A stretch of DNA of 64,000 bases from Psilocybe cubensis (lineage: Eukaryota): the NCBI GenBank assembly GCA_017499595.2, contig CM039004.1, forward strand, positions 1,922,001 through 1,986,000, in the 5' to 3' direction. A program made the translations under genes and the position numbers. This document shows, one piece after another, positions 59,733 to 64,000 of this stretch (the stretch's first letter is position 1; every line of letters begins with the position of its first letter). The notes below the pieces were generated by a model. The model ran no database searches, was not told the DNA's origin, and was given only the letters and a program-made list of their open reading frames with translations.

Positions 59733-62700
59733 GTAGTACGTCCTCGCCGCTTCTGTACAACAACCCTGTAATTACTCCCAAATTGCATGTTGCATTGTCT
59801 CCAAAATCCGTACCTCTGCCCGTGTTACCTGTTTACGCGACCCCTCAACCTTCATTATCCAATTCTGTATTGACTCCTGACAAGCCCTCTTCTTCAACAA
59901 CATCACCCAACTCCGACTACCCGACACCAACACTCCTGCCCGCGCACCCACAACCTCCAACTATGGCACCCGATTGCATTCCATATTCAGACCTCTTTTT
60001 ATCCTGTCCTGAGGATGATCCACCAGAGCTGCAAGCCCCAGATGCCTCTGATGATTCGGATGAAGATTCGCCAACCAAGCCTGCTCAACAAACCTCCGCC
60101 CACGATGATGCATCTGTCTCTATGACACACGATGCAAGTCCACCACCGGCCCCACGCGACTCTCTACTTTGCAGCCCGCCCGTCGCTGACCACACAGACT
60201 GCCCGCCTTCAATCCCTACACCTGTCCGCACCGTCCTGTGCAACTTGCGCCGATTACGCAGCACGCCTTGGCGAACCGAGAGCCTGCTCAAATCCTGGGC
60301 CCCAAAGGAGCGTTGGGACGACATTGACGATGATCTGATTGCTGCTCTTTGCGATCTCCCCTGGACCGACGCCGCCAAAGTCCTCCAGCAGCTCAAGAAG
60401 CCCCGCGACTACATCTCCCGCATGGGGAGTAAATGCCTTGACATTCCAATGTCGGCTGCACCCCCAGGCTCGACCTCTTTGGTGTCGCTGAAAGCGCTCT
60501 TAGACAGCGGTGCCACTGGTTGTTACGTGCACTCCGATTTTGTCAAACTCAATGGATGGGTGACTGAGCGGCTGCCCCACCCCGTTAGCGTTTACAATGC
60601 AGACGGAACTCGCAATGCCAACGGTGCTATCACAGATGTTGTTTACCTTGTCATCCGCATTGAAAACCATGTTGAGCGACTCCGCCTTTCAGTCACCAAC
60701 ACGGGATCATCTTCCCTCATCCTCGGGCACTCCTGGCTCTGGTTCCATAATCCGCTTGTTGACTGGCGAGAGGCCAAGCTCTGCTTTGCACGCTGCCCCA
60801 CGTCCTGTGGTGCTGACGTGCTGCCGACTTCGCACCCTGATGGCGAAACCGTGAATGTTTGCCGCGAAGGACCCCAGCTCCGTGAAGACGACATCTTTGA
60901 TGACAGCCCGGGCCCCTTCACGCCGGTCTCTGCTGCGGAATGGGCTGACGCCTTTGCTGGTGAACTTGCCGATGGTGAATCGATGTGCGCGGTTGACCTC
61001 AATGAGTTCACGTCCGAACAAGTCCATGGCTCATGCGACCACCGCATTTCTCACTTTTTGCGAACTCAACGTGAAGCAGCTTCATATCCCGACCGCTACC
61101 TGAAGGAATTTGCACCTGTTTTCTCCAAAGAGGAGTTTGACGAGCTCCCACCCCGTCGCCCATGGGATCATGCTATTAACCTGAAACCAGATGCAAAGTC
61201 GTTCAAAGCAAAGCCGTACCGTCTGTCGCCCGCTGAAACCTCGAAGGTCAAGGAATGGATAGAAGAGGAAAAACGCACTGGCCGTATACGGGACTCCATC
61301 TCTCCCTATGCCGCCCCTTTCTTCTTCATCCAGAAAAAGGATGGCTCACTGCGCCCTGTGCAAGACTACCGACGCCTGAACGATATCACGATCAAGAACC
61401 GCTATCCATTGCCGCTCATCTCTGACCTCATGGACAAGCTTAAAGGCGCGAAAGTATTCACCAAACTTGACGTCCGCTGGGGTTTCAATAACATTCGTAT
61501 CAGGGAAGGCGATGAGCACAAGGCTGCCTTTATCACGGAGTTTGGACTTTTTGAGCCTCTTGTAATGTTCTTTGGATTGACAAACTCACCAGCTACCTTC
61601 CAGAATATGATGAACGATCTGTTCAAGGATCTCATTGCTGGCGGCCATGTCGTGATATATATGGATGACATCCTCATCTTCACTGATGATGTCCAGTCCC
61701 ATCGACATCTTGTCCGCAATGTCTTGCAGATTCTGGAGGACAACAAGCTTTATCTGCGGCCAGAAAAGTGCTGTTTTGAGCAGGACCGTGTGGAATACTT
61801 GGGCGTCATTGTCGGCCACGGGAAAATGTCCATGGATCCCAAGAAAGTTGACGCTATCACCTCTTGGCCAATCCCGCGCTGTCGTAAGGACGTCCAACAG
61901 TTCCTCGGTTTCGTCAACTTCTACCGTAGGTTTATCAAGAACTTCTCCCGCATTGCCGCTCCCCTGCATGCCCTGGGTGGTTCGGCGCCTTGGGTATGGG
62001 ACAATTTGTCAACATCCGCCTTCAACGAGCTCAAATCCGCCTGCGCTTCACACCCGGTGCTACTTCTTCCCCGCGACGGTGCCCCATTCCGCATAGAGGC
62101 AGACAGCTCTGGATACGCAACCGGCGCGGTGCTCAGCCAATTTGTTGACAATTCCTGGCAACCGGTCGCGTTTGCTTCAAAAGCCCTCAGTCCCGTTGAG
62201 CGCAACTACGAGATACATGACCGCGAACTACTGTCAATCATGAGGTCTCTCGATGACTGGCGACGCTACCTCCACGGCTCCGATTCTCCTGTTGAGATCC
62301 ACACCGATCACAAGAACCTTCAGTATTTCATGACCGCTCAGAAATTGAACCGTCGTCAGGCTCGCTGGTCCCTGCAGCTCGCTGAATTCGATTTCGTACT
62401 CGTCCACAAGCCAGGCCCGACCATGATCTGCGCAGACTCGTTGTCCCGCCGCCCCGACTACGATAAAGGTGTTGGCGACAACGAAAACGTCACCTTACTG
62501 CGCCCAGAACACATTCGACGTACTGCTGAATGCTCAATTGGGGATGACCCCGTCCTGGCTGACATTCGAACTCACCAGCACCAAATCACTGAAATGTGGG
62601 AAAAGCACAAGAACCTGCCTGGCTGGTCCCTCCACGACGGCTTGCTTTCATGGCATAACCGAATCTTTGTGCCAAACAAAGGCAACTTGCGTCAACGAAT

Positions 62701-63973
62701 ACTCGCCGACTGTCATGATCACCAATCCGTAGGCCACCCTGGCCGGATGAAGACCATGGAACTCGTCCTGCGCGACTATTGGTGGCCGTCACTATCAAAA
62801 GACGCGAAGCGTTACGTTGATGGATGCCCCACCTGTCAATCAACTAAGCCTCTGAGGATGGCGCCCGCGGGCCTACTGACCCCCAACGAAATCCCTTCCT
62901 CCAATTGGGAGATCATTTCCTGTGATCTCATCGTGGACTTACCTAAATCTCGCGGCTTCGATTCGATCTTTGTCGTCGTCGATAGACTCTCAAAAATGGT
63001 TCGTATCATCCCATGCAAAAAGTCAATCACTTCTGAGGGTCTCGCGCGCCTCTTCCGCGACCATGTCTGGAAAGACTTCGGACTGCCACGACGCATCATC
63101 TCCGACCGTGGTTCAATCTTCCTGTCAAACTTTACTCGGGCCCTCAACGACCTGCTAGGCATTTCACAGAACGCGTCCACCGCATTTCGACCTCAAACAG
63201 ACGGACAAACTGAGCGCGTCAATCAAGAAATCGAACAATACCTACGGATCTTTGTGAATAACAGGCAAAATGATTGGGTGGAATGGCTTGCATGCGCCGA
63301 ATTTGCTATCAACAATAAGATTCACTCGTCCACTGGCTTCTCGCCCTTCTTCCTAAACTATGGCTCCAACCCCCGCCGAACCCTGCAACCCGCACGCCTC
63401 TCGGACGACCGTGTCCCCAAAGCTCTTGAATTCGCCTCTCAAATGGATTCCCTCGCGAAGGAATCCGCTTCAGCGCTAAACCTCGCCGCTGATGCAATGA
63501 AGCGATCCTATGACACCTCTCACCGCGCTCCACCCGTCTTCAATGTTGGCGACATGGTGATGCTCAGCGCCTCCGACATCAAGTCCTCACGTCCGTCTAA
63601 AAAGCTCGATGTTAAGCGTCACGGACCTTTTCCTGTGACGAAACGCGTTGGCATCCAGTCTTACACCCTCGACCTACCGGCCTCGTGGTCGATCCACCCT
63701 ACTTTCCATGTCTCTAAACTCTCCCGTTTCATACCAGCAGAATTCGATTCCCAAACTTCACCCGCGACACCAACACCTCCCCCCGCGTTACCACCCCCAG
63801 ACATTGCAAGTGTGCTCGGCCACAGGGCCCTGCGCAGTGGAACACAGTTCCTCGTGCTGCTCGATGGCTGCACAGAGGAAGACGCTTCGTGGTCAAGCCA
63901 CTCATCCTTCCCTAACTCTGAAGTACTAAACAATTACATACGCCTCCACAACATCCCGGACGCCCACCTTTAA
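59705..63973 (+). CDS. pol: Pol polyprotein: aspartic protease, reverse transcriptase, RNase H, integrase, chromodomain-like tail
   Basis: LLDSGATG (~60500), YMDD (61658-61669), EADSSGYATGAVL / NYEIHDRELL, HHCC (HDHQSVGH..CPTC), IISDRGS, QTDGQTERVNQ, HGPF, and C-terminal IASVLGHRALRSGTQFLVLLDGCTEEDASW. Uninterrupted over more than 1400 codons. Confidence 0.96.
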   Translation, partial: FGFCFLRRVSSTSSPLLYNNPVITPKLHVALSPKSVPLPVLPVYATPQPSLSNSVLTPDKPSSSTTSPNSDYPTPTLLPAHPQPPTMAPDCIPYSDLFLSCPEDDPPELQAPDASDDSDEDSPTKPAQQTSAHDDASVSMTHDASPPPAPRDSLLCSPPVADHTDCPPSIPTPVRTVLCNLRRLRSTPWRTESLLKSWAPKERWDDIDDDLIAALCDLPWTDAAKVLQQLKKPRDYISRMGSKCLDIPMSAAPPGSTSLVSLKALLDSGATGCYVHSDFVKLNGWVTERLPHPVSVYNADGTRNANGAITDVVYLVIRIENHVERLRLSVTNTGSSSLILGHSWLWFHNPLVDWREAKLCFARCPTSCGADVLPTSHPDGETVNVCREGPQLREDDIFDDSPGPFTPVSAAEWADAFAGELADGESMCAVDLNEFTSEQVHGSCDHRISHFLRTQREAASYPDRYLKEFAPVFSKEEFDELPPRRPWDHAINLKPDAKSFKAKPYRLSPAETSKVKEWIEEEKRTGRIRDSISPYAAPFFFIQKKDGSLRPVQDYRRLNDITIKNRYPLPLISDLMDKLKGAKVFTKLDVRWGFNNIRIREGDEHKAAFITEFGLFEPLVMFFGLTNSPATFQNMMNDLFKDLIAGGHVVIYMDDILIFTDDVQSHRHLVRNVLQILEDNKLYLRPEKCCFEQDRVEYLGVIVGHGKMSMDPKKVDAITSWPIPRCRKDVQQFLGFVNFYRRFIKNFSRIAAPLHALGGSAPWVWDNLSTSAFNELKSACASHPVLLLPRDGAPFRIEADSSGYATGAVLSQFVDNSWQPVAFASKALSPVERNYEIHDRELLSIMRSLDDWRRYLHGSDSPVEIHTDHKNLQYFMTAQKLNRRQARWSLQLAEFDFVLVHKPGPTMICADSLSRRPDYDKGVGDNENVTLLRPEHIRRTAECSIGDDPVLADIRTHQHQITEMWEKHKNLPGWSLHDGLLSWHNRIFVPNKGNLRQRILADCHDHQSVGHPGRMKTMELVLRDYWWPSLSKDAKRYVDGCPTCQSTKPLRMAPAGLLTPNEIPSSNWEIISCDLIVDLPKSRGFDSIFVVVDRLSKMVRIIPCKKSITSEGLARLFRDHVWKDFGLPRRIISDRGSIFLSNFTRALNDLLGISQNASTAFRPQTDGQTERVNQEIEQYLRIFVNNRQNDWVEWLACAEFAINNKIHSSTGFSPFFLNYGSNPRRTLQPARLSDDRVPKALEFASQMDSLAKESASALNLAADAMKRSYDTSHRAPPVFNVGDMVMLSASDIKSSRPSKKLDVKRHGPFPVTKRVGIQSYTLDLPASWSIHPTFHVSKLSRFIPAEFDSQTSPATPTPPPALPPPDIASVLGHRALRSGTQFLVLLDGCTEEDASWSSHSSFPNSEVLNNYIRLHNIPDAHL
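59708..59714 (+). promoter_or_regulatory. Putative -1 ribosomal frameshift site G GAT TTT
   Basis: Lies in the only gag/pol overlap (59705-59732). pol is in the -1 frame. Confidence 0.7.
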
Positions 63974-63984
63974 GAGGGGGGTGA
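63972..63984 (+). promoter_or_regulatory. Polypurine tract
   Basis: AAGAGGGGGGTGA immediately before the 3' LTR. Confidence 0.85.
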
Positions 63985-64000
63985 TGTTAGAGTTCCCTCT
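63985..64000 (+). repeat. Start of 3' LTR
   Basis: 16/16 identical to 57732-57747. Confidence 0.9.

Larger units (their letters stand above)
57732..64000 (+). mobile_element. Ty3/Gypsy LTR retrotransposon (chromovirus), apparently intact; 3' LTR truncated by window end
   Basis: TGTTAGAGTTCCCTCT at 57732 is repeated exactly at 63985-64000. Contains gag and pol (PR-RT-RH-IN order) and a polypurine tract. Confidence 0.97.

Overview
Gene-dense, intron-rich fungal genomic DNA. Introns are about 50-60 nt GT-AG with frequent micro-exons, and gene content suggests an agaric-type basidiomycete (inference). About 22 protein-coding genes are visible, mostly housekeeping: a 5'-truncated fungal transcription factor, V-ATPase G, symplekin/Pta1, an Slt2-like MAPK, Nbp35, a LIM-RhoGAP, an SLC35F transporter, XPB/Ssl2, Cox23, an amidase, Ade16/17, U2AF65, Fis1, an M50B-like peptidase, an F-BAR/DEP RhoGAP, mL44, Ada1, makorin, glycogen debranching enzyme, and three hypotheticals. 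The last 6.3 kb is an apparently intact Ty3/Gypsy chromovirus inserted into a coding exon of the glycogen debranching gene. It has a Tf1-type self-priming structure, a GGATTTT -1 frameshift between gag and pol, and an AUG-free leader carrying an extra ~180-codon coiled-coil ORF. Other highlights are a nested poison-exon/hairpin architecture in intron 1 of the U2AF65 gene and a ~1.1 kb non-autonomous TIR element. Gene boundaries were read by eye from splice signals. No database searches were run.
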